Below, piece by piece: positions 38,143 through 47,501 of a stretch of 64,000 bases of DNA (positions are counted from its first letter, which is position 1; each line of letters opens with the position of its first letter). The position numbers and the translations under genes were made by a program. Origin of the DNA: Actinomycetes bacterium (GTDB taxonomy: Bacteria > Actinomycetota > Acidimicrobiia > Acidimicrobiales > Bog-793); contig JAKBPI010000005.1 in the NCBI GenBank assembly GCA_021829645.1, positions 338 to 64,337 on the forward strand, in the 5' to 3' direction. Under the pieces are notes generated by a model. That model was given only the letters and a program-made list of their open reading frames with translations. It had not been told where the DNA came from and searched no databases.

Positions 38143-39015
38143 TCAGTACGTTTTATGCAGTAACGATCCGACTCCGGAATGACTCACTAGGAATTTAGGT
38201 CTATCTGTCATAATAGCATCAACACCGGCATTTATGGCTTCATCTGCCTCTTCCGTATCGTTTATAGTCCACACGTGAACAGCTAAGCCAAGTTCGTGGG
38301 CGGCATGTACAAACTCGGCACTGGCGACTTTCAAATCGCCCACCTTAAATGGAATTTGCAAAGCAACATGGCGTCTTATGCTTTCCGGCAAGATCCGTTT
38401 TGTAAAAAAAGCCTGCCCATAAGCGGTGAGTTCCCCTGCTCCTGGAGCAGTAGCAAACTCGGGGGCAAACTCGGAGAACGTTTCGATCGCCCTATCGTGG
38501 AATGAAGCCACTATGGTATTTTCAGTTCTTTGGTACTGCCTCAAGACTTTTGCCAAGAGGGCTTCGTATGGCTTTACGACAGGTGCTGTTTGTTTGATAT
38601 CAAAGTTGTACACTGTATCCGGGAAACTCGCAAGAACCTCTTCCAACCGTGCCAATCCGAATCTAGAATCGTCAGCTACCCGACCTCTGTATGGATAATC
38701 CTCTTGAGTATGCCCGTCATCACTTTCTTTTACGGCACCTTTTTCAGGAATAAAATAGTAGGCATTATCCAATTGAGCAATATAGGCAGAATCCAAATCC
38801 GCTATCGCCCCTTTCCCGTCAGTGGTCGTATCCACAACGGGGTCGTGACTTACGAATAAAATATCGTCTTTACTGCAATGCACATCCAGCTCAATGGCGT
38901 TTGCGCCATGTGCTATGGCTTGCTCGATGGCGAACAGGGTACTGGCTGGTCCTTCCAGTGCACCGCCTTGATGAGCGTATAACAAAAAATCTCTTCCCAA
39001 CCAATCAACCTTCAT
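38143..39015 (-). CDS. glycerophosphodiester phosphodiesterase family protein
   Basis: Motifs YAHQGG, ELDVHCSKDDILFVSHD and VHVWTIND. Confidence 0.87.
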   Translation of the reverse strand: MKVDWLGRDFLLYAHQGGALEGPASTLFAIEQAIAHGANAIELDVHCSKDDILFVSHDPVVDTTTDGKGAIADLDSAYIAQLDNAYYFIPEKGAVKESDDGHTQEDYPYRGRVADDSRFGLARLEEVLASFPDTVYNFDIKQTAPVVKPYEALLAKVLRQYQRTENTIVASFHDRAIETFSEFAPEFATAPGAGELTAYGQAFFTKRILPESIRRHVALQIPFKVGDLKVASAEFVHAAHELGLAVHVWTINDTEEADEAINAGVDAIMTDRPKFLVSHSGVGSLLHKTY

Positions 39016-39163
39016 ATCTACTCCAAAAAGTTTGCCTAATAACTACCAAAATACTACCGATACTTCTTTTACTGCCAATTATTGGCAATATAGACCTTTG
39101 TGGGTCTGATAAATTCATAGAACTAACTACAATGATCTCAAAAATTGGTTAACGTAGACATAA

Positions 39164-39772
39164 ATGTTTGATCATATTTTTCTAGACGTAATTTCCAAAT
39201 TTAAGTATGCCCTAGAGCAGAGTCTGCTTGAGCCTCAGCAGGTAGAAGAACGGCTGTTAGCCGATATTCTGTCCGGCGATCTATCCTTCGAAACTTCCTA
39301 CAGCCTACCGGGAGAACAATCGCCTCCAAGGGTACGTGCCGACATCACAATGGAATGGCCGACCTGGAGCCAAAGCGCTTACAGGTCTTGGTCGATCGGA
39401 GAACCTTTCACTGAAGTCATTGAAATTGCAGTTGAAGTAACTCTGCGACTGCAAAGACTGAAAAAAATACCTGATCCCAATTTGATACCCAGAATCATGG
39501 AAACATTGTCCATGGGCACCGAAAGAGAAACTTTTGAAATCAGCGGTCCGCGATATGAAGAAGTCTATGTTTCCGACAACGAGATCCCACAAGTTGCCGC
39601 AGAGATTTCACTGCAATCCGTATTGAGACTAGAAGAGTCTGCCCTTGAAACCAGGACCGAACCGGCAGAACAAGTCAGTATTTTGGCTGGCATTATCGCT
39701 TCCGGACTGGTAAGATTGGTTGACTTAGATTTACCTTTTTACAGAGCCGAAGACACCGACTCTCTGGATTAG
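39164..39772 (+). CDS. hypothetical acidic protein
   Basis: 202-aa ORF lying 37 nt upstream of the PAS-GGDEF-EAL gene on the same strand. Confidence 0.5.
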   Translation: MFDHIFLDVISKFKYALEQSLLEPQQVEERLLADILSGDLSFETSYSLPGEQSPPRVRADITMEWPTWSQSAYRSWSIGEPFTEVIEIAVEVTLRLQRLKKIPDPNLIPRIMETLSMGTERETFEISGPRYEEVYVSDNEIPQVAAEISLQSVLRLEESALETRTEPAEQVSILAGIIASGLVRLVDLDLPFYRAEDTDSLD

Positions 39773-39809
39773 ATAATGAGCTTAGGATAAGACTGGATAA
39801 CCCGGATCG

Positions 39810-41921
39810 ATGGAATCAGTTATAAGCAAATCTAAAGACAGAAGCGATGACTTAATAGATTATCGTTCTCTTTTGGATAACTTAGACAGTGGCATAGTTA
39901 TTCACGACCAAAACGGCTTCATTATCGCCATAAATCAAGCCGCTTGTAATATGCTCAGTGCTAAAGCCGAAGATATTATCGGCGTCAACGCTCTAGAGCA
40001 TGCCGGTACCACTTATCGTTTAGACGGGAGTAAATGGGCAGCAGAAGATAACCCGATTGCTGCTGCTCTAAAAGACGGGGAAGAGAGCCGCGGTGTCACT
40101 ATGGGAATAGACGTTCCTACGGAAGACGGAGCTCTAACAAGACTGTGGACAATCACCAATACCAAGCTGATCAAGTTACATTCCGGCGAAACCGGAGTAG
40201 CTGCAACCTTTACCGACGTCACCAGCATGCAGAATCAAAGCCATCAATTACAAACAGCCTATGAAAAGTTTTCTGCTTTACTGGCCAGATCGGATTCCGT
40301 TGTTACCGTGAGTGATGCCGAAGGAAAAATTACCTACGCCAGTCCCTCTTTTCTACATCTGACAGGGATAGATGAACGCGAGGTTCTCAACACTTACATC
40401 AGAGACTATATTCATCCAGAAGATTTGGAAGCAGAAGCCGAAAAGATTGAATACCTCAGAGAAAACTTTAACAGCACTGTAGAACTCAACTTACGGGTGA
40501 GGGCGGCCAACAAGTCTTGGCGACACCTGGAAATCATGTCCACCAATCATTTGAACGACCCCGCTATCGGCGGAGTTGTAGGTAGTGGCCGAGATGTAAC
40601 CAATAAAGTCAAGGAAACGGCAGGTCTGGCATACCAAGCCACACACGATGCTTTGACAGGTTTGGCCAATCGCGCTTTGTTGCTGGACCACTTGGATATA
40701 GCAATAGCCAGAGCAAAAAGGTCAGGAATACCCATCGCTCTCTACTACATGGACATAGACGGTTTTAAGAAAGTCAATGACACTTATGGACACGGTACCG
40801 GTGACAAACTTATCGTCACCGTGGCCGAACGCCTCAAAGAAGCTACCAGACCAGGGGATACAATAGCTCGGATCGGTGGCGACGAATTTGTGATGCTAGC
40901 CGAAGGAATCCTGGATGTCACCACCGCTTTGTCAATCGCTGAACGGGTACGAAAAGCCATTCATAAGCCGATGCTTTTGGCAAATGAGACCATCAATATT
41001 TCCACCAGCATAGGAATTTCCCTGTCAAGAAACAGTAGTTCCCAAGCCATGCTGGATGAAGCCGATTCGGCACTCTATAAAGCCAAGCACCATGGCGGGA
41101 ACAGATTTGAAATCTACGACGAAGTGATGAAACAAGACGTCTTCGGCAAGTCAATAAAAATTGCGTTACTGGAAAACATCATCCAAAACCAAGATCTGCG
41201 TCTTACTTTTCTCCCCGTCATAGCGTTGGAAACCCACAAAGTGATGGCGGCTTCAGCAAGTTTCGTTACGCACCTGCCGGACAGCACCACTATGGCTATG
41301 TCCGATATATTACCTTTTGCCTGTGAAAACAACCTGGGGTATGAGCTTTACGAGACCATTTTAAACAATATCTGTCTCTCTCTGACAAAAAGAGGTGCTG
41401 ATCCTGGCGGTGAAGAAATTCTCAAATCAAAATGCGTTATTAGATTACCTCTTGCCGACAAACTGCTGTTGGACAATACGACACCCATGCGTATTTCTTC
41501 ATTAGTACACAAACATGGACTCCAAAAAGAACTGTTTTGTTTTGAGATAGACGAACAGGCTCTCTTGGACACGGGGCACAACGCCTTCTCTACCATATCT
41601 GAATTCAGTAAAATAGGTTTTAATGTTTTGCTCGGAAATGTGGGAATGGGTTGGTCCAATTTCGGACTTTTAGCCGATCTTCCGATCTCAAGGATCAAAA
41701 CAGATCCCATACTGGCAGAACAAGTGGCTGGGGAAGAAGACAGTGGTTCGATAGTCAAAGTTATAGCAGCCATCGGTAAAGCCCTTAATCTTATGACCGT
41801 TTCCTGCGGCGTAAGATTGCGCTCACAAACAAAAACCCTCTTCGAGCTCGGCTATACAGAAGCAGAGGGCCCACTTTTTGGTCACGCTATCACCATAGAT
41901 GAATTGCACATCGCACAGTAA
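39810..41921 (+). CDS. PAS-PAS-GGDEF-(degenerate EAL) signalling protein
   Basis: Two PAS-like regions, then an intact diguanylate cyclase site RIGGDEF with I-site RPGD five residues upstream. The EAL-like domain has degenerate motifs (SAS for EAL, GNVGMGW for DDFGTGY, SCGVR for EGVE). Confidence 0.88.
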   Translation: MESVISKSKDRSDDLIDYRSLLDNLDSGIVIHDQNGFIIAINQAACNMLSAKAEDIIGVNALEHAGTTYRLDGSKWAAEDNPIAAALKDGEESRGVTMGIDVPTEDGALTRLWTITNTKLIKLHSGETGVAATFTDVTSMQNQSHQLQTAYEKFSALLARSDSVVTVSDAEGKITYASPSFLHLTGIDEREVLNTYIRDYIHPEDLEAEAEKIEYLRENFNSTVELNLRVRAANKSWRHLEIMSTNHLNDPAIGGVVGSGRDVTNKVKETAGLAYQATHDALTGLANRALLLDHLDIAIARAKRSGIPIALYYMDIDGFKKVNDTYGHGTGDKLIVTVAERLKEATRPGDTIARIGGDEFVMLAEGILDVTTALSIAERVRKAIHKPMLLANETINISTSIGISLSRNSSSQAMLDEADSALYKAKHHGGNRFEIYDEVMKQDVFGKSIKIALLENIIQNQDLRLTFLPVIALETHKVMAASASFVTHLPDSTTMAMSDILPFACENNLGYELYETILNNICLSLTKRGADPGGEEILKSKCVIRLPLADKLLLDNTTPMRISSLVHKHGLQKELFCFEIDEQALLDTGHNAFSTISEFSKIGFNVLLGNVGMGWSNFGLLADLPISRIKTDPILAEQVAGEEDSGSIVKVIAAIGKALNLMTVSCGVRLRSQTKTLFELGYTEAEGPLFGHAITIDELHIAQ

Positions 41922-41933
41922 AGATACCTTCAA

Positions 41934-43226
41934 TTGCCACAAATAAAAGACCTCGTACGCTTACAGTTGGAAAAAATTGTCAAGGGCGGAGACTGCATAG
42001 CGCATCTAAACGACAATGTTTACTTTGTACATTATGGTTTACCGGGTGAAGAAGTTATTGCAGAGGTACAACATATACAAAAAAATATTATCGCAGCCGA
42101 TGTCGTAGAAGTCATCAGACCGAGTGCTCACAGGATTGCACCGCCATGTGAGTACTTTGGGAGCATCGGATGCGGTGGCTGTGATTTTCAGCACATAGAA
42201 CTCCAATATCAACGTGAACTCAAAAAAGACATCATCCGTCAATGTTTAAACTTTATAGGAAAGTTAGACATTGAATTTGAGGTCATACCAGCCTATCCGC
42301 AAGAAGACGGTATCAGATGGAGAAACCGCATCCGCTTGGCAGCCAACGAGAGCGGAAAGCCGGGAATGCGCCAACGCCGTAGCCATAGCATTATTCCAAT
42401 AGACGACTGCCTCATTTCAGAAGTTGATTTATCTGATTTAAAATATTTAAAAAAGCAATGGCATTCAGGATGTGAAATTGAAATACTTTTTTCACATGAT
42501 AAAAGTACTAAATTACCTAAAGTATCTTCTCTGGTATACACACGAGAAATAAATTCTAAAGGACGTAGGCAAAAATACCCACCAAAGTCAAGCAAAATTC
42601 TACATCCCATTAATAATTATGATATCCCTCTCCAAAGAATAGACACTATAGAAAAAACCTTTTCATTTGCTCAAGTAAGAGACTTCGAATACCGATTCAG
42701 CCCATTCTCATTTTTCCAAATCCATAAGCATGCAGCTGAACTACTGCTGGATATCGTATTGGATTATGTGAACCCACAACCCGGTGAGAACGGAGTCGAC
42801 CTCTATAGCGGAGTAGGGCTTTTTAGCCTCCCACTGGCAAAAGCCGTAGGCGAAAGCGGCTCCATTGTGGCTGTAGAAAGTAATACTTACGCCGCTCAAG
42901 ATGCTGAATACAACTTACGACACATACCACAGGCAAAAGTCATACAAGGAAACGTTGCAGCTCACCTGCTAGAACAATTCAATCCTGATTTTGTTGTGAT
43001 TGATCCGCCGCGCTCTGGCATAGAAAAAGGGGCTTTACAAAATCTACTGCTTAAAAGAAACTTAACAAAAATTATCTATGTCTCATGCGATCCCGCTACA
43101 TTTGCCAGAGATGCAAAAATTATAATTTTATCTGGATGGGATATAAAAAGATTTATGGCAGCTGATATTTTTCCTATGACTTCCCACACCGAAACAGTGG
43201 CTATGTTTGAAAGAAATAATAACTAA
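41934..43226 (+). CDS. 23S rRNA (uracil-C5)-methyltransferase, RlmD/RumA family
   Basis: TTG start. TRAM-like N-terminus, Fe-S motif CEYFGSIGCGGCDFQH, SAM motifs DLYSGVGLF and DPPRSG, and catalytic YVSCDPATFARD. Confidence 0.85.
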   Translation: MPQIKDLVRLQLEKIVKGGDCIAHLNDNVYFVHYGLPGEEVIAEVQHIQKNIIAADVVEVIRPSAHRIAPPCEYFGSIGCGGCDFQHIELQYQRELKKDIIRQCLNFIGKLDIEFEVIPAYPQEDGIRWRNRIRLAANESGKPGMRQRRSHSIIPIDDCLISEVDLSDLKYLKKQWHSGCEIEILFSHDKSTKLPKVSSLVYTREINSKGRRQKYPPKSSKILHPINNYDIPLQRIDTIEKTFSFAQVRDFEYRFSPFSFFQIHKHAAELLLDIVLDYVNPQPGENGVDLYSGVGLFSLPLAKAVGESGSIVAVESNTYAAQDAEYNLRHIPQAKVIQGNVAAHLLEQFNPDFVVIDPPRSGIEKGALQNLLLKRNLTKIIYVSCDPATFARDAKIIILSGWDIKRFMAADIFPMTSHTETVAMFERNNN

Positions 43227-43254
43227 TTTTTTAAACTGGACAATCAACTAGACG

Positions 43255-43285
43255 GGCATAGAAAAATATCTCGTTTTTCTATGCC
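43255..43285. terminator. bidirectional terminator-like hairpin between convergent rlmD-like and pfkB-like genes
   Basis: Perfect 12-bp stem GGCATAGAAAAA / TTTTTCTATGCC with loop TATCTCG. Confidence 0.5.
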
Positions 43286-44286
43286 TAGCTCTGATTATAG
43301 TTGATGGATCTAAACGACTCTGCCCAGCCGGCAGTTGGTCTGGCTCCCATATGTGCAATAACCTCGCTTGCCGCTTTCATCCCCAGTAACGCAGAATCTT
43401 TCAGAGAAATACCTCTGGCTACGCCAAAACAAATTCCGGCGGCAAATTGATCACCGGCACCTGTAGTATCAATAACTGCGCTTACCTCTGGGGTATTTAA
43501 GTTGAGTAATAACCCATCGTCATAGACGAGAGCGCCTTGCGCCCCAAGGGTAACGGCAATCTGAGATAAGTGCTTCGAGGCTATCTCAACGGCTTCATGG
43601 GGATTGTCCGCTCCGGTTAGGGAGTTAATTTCAGCTTCGTTGGCCAGCAAAATATCTACTTGGGTCACCAGATCCAGAATTGCTTCATGGTGTCTTGCAA
43701 CGACATTCACGTCAGCCAAGCCAAACACGATTTTTGCTTGGCTTGCTCTCGCGTAAGACAGGAGCTTTTGCGTAATTTTATTTCCGGCTGCAAGGTCCAA
43801 AATATAGCCATCAAAATAAACGGCTTTAGCAGTATCAGCGGTGACTTTATCGATACTTTTATCCTCTAAAAGAGTACTGGCGCCCAAATATGTCAGCATA
43901 GTACGCTCTCCGTTGGGCGACACAAACACCAGGCTAATACCGGTACCCACACCGTACTCAGCAGAAGGATACACGTCAAAGTCGACTTTTAAATTGGAGT
44001 ATTTATCCAAGTTCGCCTGATAGTGCTTCCCTATGTCGTCATCGGCTAAAGCACCCAGCAATTTCACTGTACCGCCAAATTCGGCTATACCGACGGCTGT
44101 ATTTGTCTCGCTCCCCCCGGAGGCCATTACAGCCCCATTCGTCAATTTGGCTAAGCGGGCAATATCTGGCATATCTATAAGTGACATGGAGCCGGGCTCT
44201 ACGCCGGTTTGTTTTAGCACCTCATCCTCGACAAATACCAATTGATCCATCAAGGGATTCCCTACCACCAAGACATCGTAATCCAT
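43285..44286 (-). CDS. PfkB-family carbohydrate/nucleoside kinase
   Basis: Motifs DTTGAGDQFAAG and an N-terminal VVGNPLMD. ATG 44286 is preceded by GGAGG. The track start is 44301. Confidence 0.85.
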   Translation of the reverse strand: MDYDVLVVGNPLMDQLVFVEDEVLKQTGVEPGSMSLIDMPDIARLAKLTNGAVMASGGSETNTAVGIAEFGGTVKLLGALADDDIGKHYQANLDKYSNLKVDFDVYPSAEYGVGTGISLVFVSPNGERTMLTYLGASTLLEDKSIDKVTADTAKAVYFDGYILDLAAGNKITQKLLSYARASQAKIVFGLADVNVVARHHEAILDLVTQVDILLANEAEINSLTGADNPHEAVEIASKHLSQIAVTLGAQGALVYDDGLLLNLNTPEVSAVIDTTGAGDQFAAGICFGVARGISLKDSALLGMKAASEVIAHMGARPTAGWAESFRSINYNQS

Positions 44287-44323
44287 AGCATCATCCTCCA
44301 TTCGGGATACATAGAATCCGATG

Positions 44324-47236
44324 TTAGTCTACGGAACACGTACAAAACAGATTTCTGTCCCCATAAGCCGCATCTATCCGACCACAGGCCGGCCAATACT
44401 TATTACTTCCATCACCACTCAGCGGAAAAGCGGCTTTGGCTCTTGAATAGGGCCTGTCCCATGCTTCTTCCAATAACATTTCTGCGGTGTGAGGAGCGTT
44501 GGTCAAAGGACTTTGCTCCAGGGCAACCAACCCCGAAGCAATATCATCTATTTCGTTTTTTATTACGGCCATAGCATCACAGAATTTATCCAATTCCGCT
44601 TTTGATTCCGATTCTGTGGGCTCGATCATTAAAGTGTTCGCCACCGGGAAAGCCACGGTAGGAGCGTGTATACCGAAATCCATCAGTCTTTTTGCGATAT
44701 CCTCGACGCTCACAGAGGTATCTTTGGTAATTTGTCGCAGATCCAAGATAACTTCATGGGCAACATAATTGCCGGGTCCAGTGTAAAGTATGTCGTAATA
44801 TTCCGAAAGCCTTTCTTTTACGTAATTGGCATTCAATATGGCTACCTGTGAAGCTTTCGCTAAACCCGATGCCCCCATGAGTCTGATATAGGCCCATGAG
44901 ATGGGCAAAATACCGGCCGAGCCGTAAGGGGCGGCAGAGATACTGATCTTACGAAAAGTGTCACTTGCAAGCAGATGAGTCTCCGTGGTAGGTAGATACT
45001 TCACCAAGTGCTCCGCTACGCCTATCGGTCCGACGCCCGGACCCCCGCCTCCGTGGGGAATGGCAAATGTCTTGTGCAAATTGAAATGCGAAACGTCACC
45101 ACCCAAATCAGAAAAACGTATTAGTCCGGCTAATGCATTCATATTTGCGCCATCTATATAAACTTGGCTTCCGTATTGATGCGCCATGGCAGTAATCTCC
45201 AAGATATTTTCTTCGAAAACACCGTGTGTAGAAGGGTATGTCAACATCAGTACGGCTACAGAGTCTTTATGCGTCAGGAATTGCGCATGCAGGTCATCCA
45301 AATCGACGTTTCCCCTGTCATCACAGGCCACACTCACTACTTTATATCCGGCCATGGCTGCACTTGCTGCATTTGTGCCGTGTGCTGATTTTGGAATAAG
45401 GCATACGTTCCGATTTGCTTGTCCCAAATCTTCATAATACGACTTTACGGCCAGTAAGCCGGCGAATTCCCCCTGAGAACCAGCGTTAGGTTGCAAAGAG
45501 ACCGCTTTATATCCGGAAAGCTCTGCCAGATAACGCTCAAGATCCTCAATCAGCATCGACCAGCCTTGGTACTGTTCTTTTGGGGCAAAAGGGTGAATAT
45601 TGGCAAAAGCCGACCAGCCAATCGGGGCTAGCTCGACAGCAGCATTCAACTTCATGGTGCAAGAACCAAGAGGTATCATGGTTCTGTCCAAAGCCAAATC
45701 CTTGTCAGATAGCTTCCTAATATAGCGCATCATTTCCGTTTCGCTATGATATGCATGAAAGGTTCTGTGCGGCAAAAGCAGAGATTTTCGCAAGAGATTT
45801 TCAGGAACACCGAAATTAGCCTGTGCATTGATAAAGGTAAATTGTTTATTTTCTTCTTCAATACTCATACCGGTAAAGATTTCAATTAGTTTTTCGATTA
45901 CCTCTTCGCCTGTAGTTTCATCGAGTGCGACCGTGATAGTGTCGCTGCTTAGTTTACGCAGATTAATTTTTGCATCGTAAGCTCTTTGTAAAATCTGATC
46001 TGAATTGGATACCTCTATGGCAATTGTGTCAAAGAAATCTTTATTTTTTATACAAAATCCCTTATCTGTTAAGGCTTGGGCTAAAAACGCTGCTTTCAAA
46101 TGAACGGTTTCCGCCATACGTTTTAGTCCTGTTGGGCCGTGATAGATCGCGTACATAGATGCCATGATGGCTAAAAGACTTTGGGAAGTGCAAATATTAC
46201 TGGTGGCTTTTTCTCTTTTGATGTGCTGTTCTCTGGTCTGCAGTGAAAGTCTGTAAGCTGTATTCCCCTGCCTGTCTTTGGATACCCCAACTAAGCGGCC
46301 CGGCATATCTCTGGAAAACTCTTCTTTGGTGGCAATAAAACCGGGGTGAGGACCTCCAAAAAAGAAAGGTAGCCCAAACCTCATCGCACTGCCAACCGCT
46401 GCATCTGCCCCAAATTCTCCGGGTGTTTTATATATCGCACATGCCAATATATCAGCTGCCACCACAACTGGAATTTGACTGCGATGAGCCAATTCCACGA
46501 TTGGTCCAAGATCGGATACAAGACCATCGGTCCCCGGATAAGAGAGGAGTAGGGCGGCAACTTTTCCACCTAATTGCTCTATCTCAACGGCAGGATTACC
46601 GACTATAACTTCTGTATTTCCGGCTCGAGCCCTTGTTCTAATCACGTTGATGGTTTGCGGATGTGTATTTTCATCCACGAACCAGGCTCCTTCAGCGCTA
46701 CCTCGATTGTGGCGCGATAACATAGCCAGGGCCTCTGCCGCCGCTGTGGCTTCGTCAAGAAGTGAGGCATTGGCAATATCAAAACCCATCAAATCGGCAG
46801 TCATCGTTTGATAATTTAGCAATGCTTCCAGACGCCCCTGACTTATCTCAGGCTGATACGGAGTGTAAGCGCTATACCAGGCAGGGTTCTCCATAACGTT
46901 TCTTTTGATCACTTCAGGCAAAAAACTGGCATGGTAGCCCATACCGATGAGAGATACATACTCTTCGTTGCGTGCTGCTATTTCTCTCAGTAACTTCTCT
47001 ACCTGAGCTTCGTCAAGCGCACTGGGTAGGTGAAAGTCGCGTTCTCCAAGCAGCGACTTGGGAATCACTGCCGCCATCAGATCGTTCAGAGAGCCTTGCC
47101 CCAAGTACTTAAGCATCTCATTTTGTTGAGTTTCATCGGGACCTATATGTCTTGCCGCAAAATCGCATTGAGAGATTTTAGCGGAATCGAGTCTTTTTTG
47201 GATTAGGTATTCAAGACAGTCATATGCTTCAGACAC
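44324..47236 (-). CDS. gcvP: glycine dehydrogenase (decarboxylating), single-chain P protein
   Basis: 970 aa and GcvP-like throughout (YTPYQPEISQGRLEALLN, NLHKTFAIPHGGGGPG). GTG start after AAAGAGG. Confidence 0.96.
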   Translation of the reverse strand: MSEAYDCLEYLIQKRLDSAKISQCDFAARHIGPDETQQNEMLKYLGQGSLNDLMAAVIPKSLLGERDFHLPSALDEAQVEKLLREIAARNEEYVSLIGMGYHASFLPEVIKRNVMENPAWYSAYTPYQPEISQGRLEALLNYQTMTADLMGFDIANASLLDEATAAAEALAMLSRHNRGSAEGAWFVDENTHPQTINVIRTRARAGNTEVIVGNPAVEIEQLGGKVAALLLSYPGTDGLVSDLGPIVELAHRSQIPVVVAADILACAIYKTPGEFGADAAVGSAMRFGLPFFFGGPHPGFIATKEEFSRDMPGRLVGVSKDRQGNTAYRLSLQTREQHIKREKATSNICTSQSLLAIMASMYAIYHGPTGLKRMAETVHLKAAFLAQALTDKGFCIKNKDFFDTIAIEVSNSDQILQRAYDAKINLRKLSSDTITVALDETTGEEVIEKLIEIFTGMSIEEENKQFTFINAQANFGVPENLLRKSLLLPHRTFHAYHSETEMMRYIRKLSDKDLALDRTMIPLGSCTMKLNAAVELAPIGWSAFANIHPFAPKEQYQGWSMLIEDLERYLAELSGYKAVSLQPNAGSQGEFAGLLAVKSYYEDLGQANRNVCLIPKSAHGTNAASAAMAGYKVVSVACDDRGNVDLDDLHAQFLTHKDSVAVLMLTYPSTHGVFEENILEITAMAHQYGSQVYIDGANMNALAGLIRFSDLGGDVSHFNLHKTFAIPHGGGGPGVGPIGVAEHLVKYLPTTETHLLASDTFRKISISAAPYGSAGILPISWAYIRLMGASGLAKASQVAILNANYVKERLSEYYDILYTGPGNYVAHEVILDLRQITKDTSVSVEDIAKRLMDFGIHAPTVAFPVANTLMIEPTESESKAELDKFCDAMAVIKNEIDDIASGLVALEQSPLTNAPHTAEMLLEEAWDRPYSRAKAAFPLSGDGSNKYWPACGRIDAAYGDRNLFCTCSVD

Positions 47237-47318
47237 GGTATAACCTCTTTAGACAGGCTTTACCCTCCGCATCCAAAAGGCTCAGGACGATAAAGCAACG
47301 TATAAAAACCTCGCCCCG

Positions 47319-47478
47319 CTCTGTCCGTTTACCTGAGAGATTCACCGGCTAAGCCGGCTTTGTCCTTCGGTGAACTGCCTAAAGCAGTTGCTCTCCAGAG
47401 GTCACCTCTAATATCAGTCCTTTTGCCTGAGAGTTTCCGGGAAGTTGCTCCTTCGGCGTCTGACGACTCTCCTGATAT
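47319..47478 (-). promoter_or_regulatory. tandem glycine riboswitch (two aptamers)
   Basis: On the reverse complement, aptamer 1 reads AUAUCAGGAGAGUCGUCAGACGCCGAAGGAGCAACUUCCCGGAAACUCUCAGGCAAAAGGACUGAUAU with P1 AUAUCAG/CUGAUAU. Aptamer 2 reads CUCUGGAGAGCAACUGCUUUAGGCAGUUCACCGAAGGACAAAGCCGGCUUAGCCGGUGAAUCUCUCAGGUAAACGGACAGAG. Both carry the GGAGAG...CCGAAGG(A/G)(G/C)AA...CUCAGG.AAA.GGAC core. Confidence 0.9.
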
Positions 47479-47501
47479 CTTCTGCGCTGACAACTTAAAC
47501 T

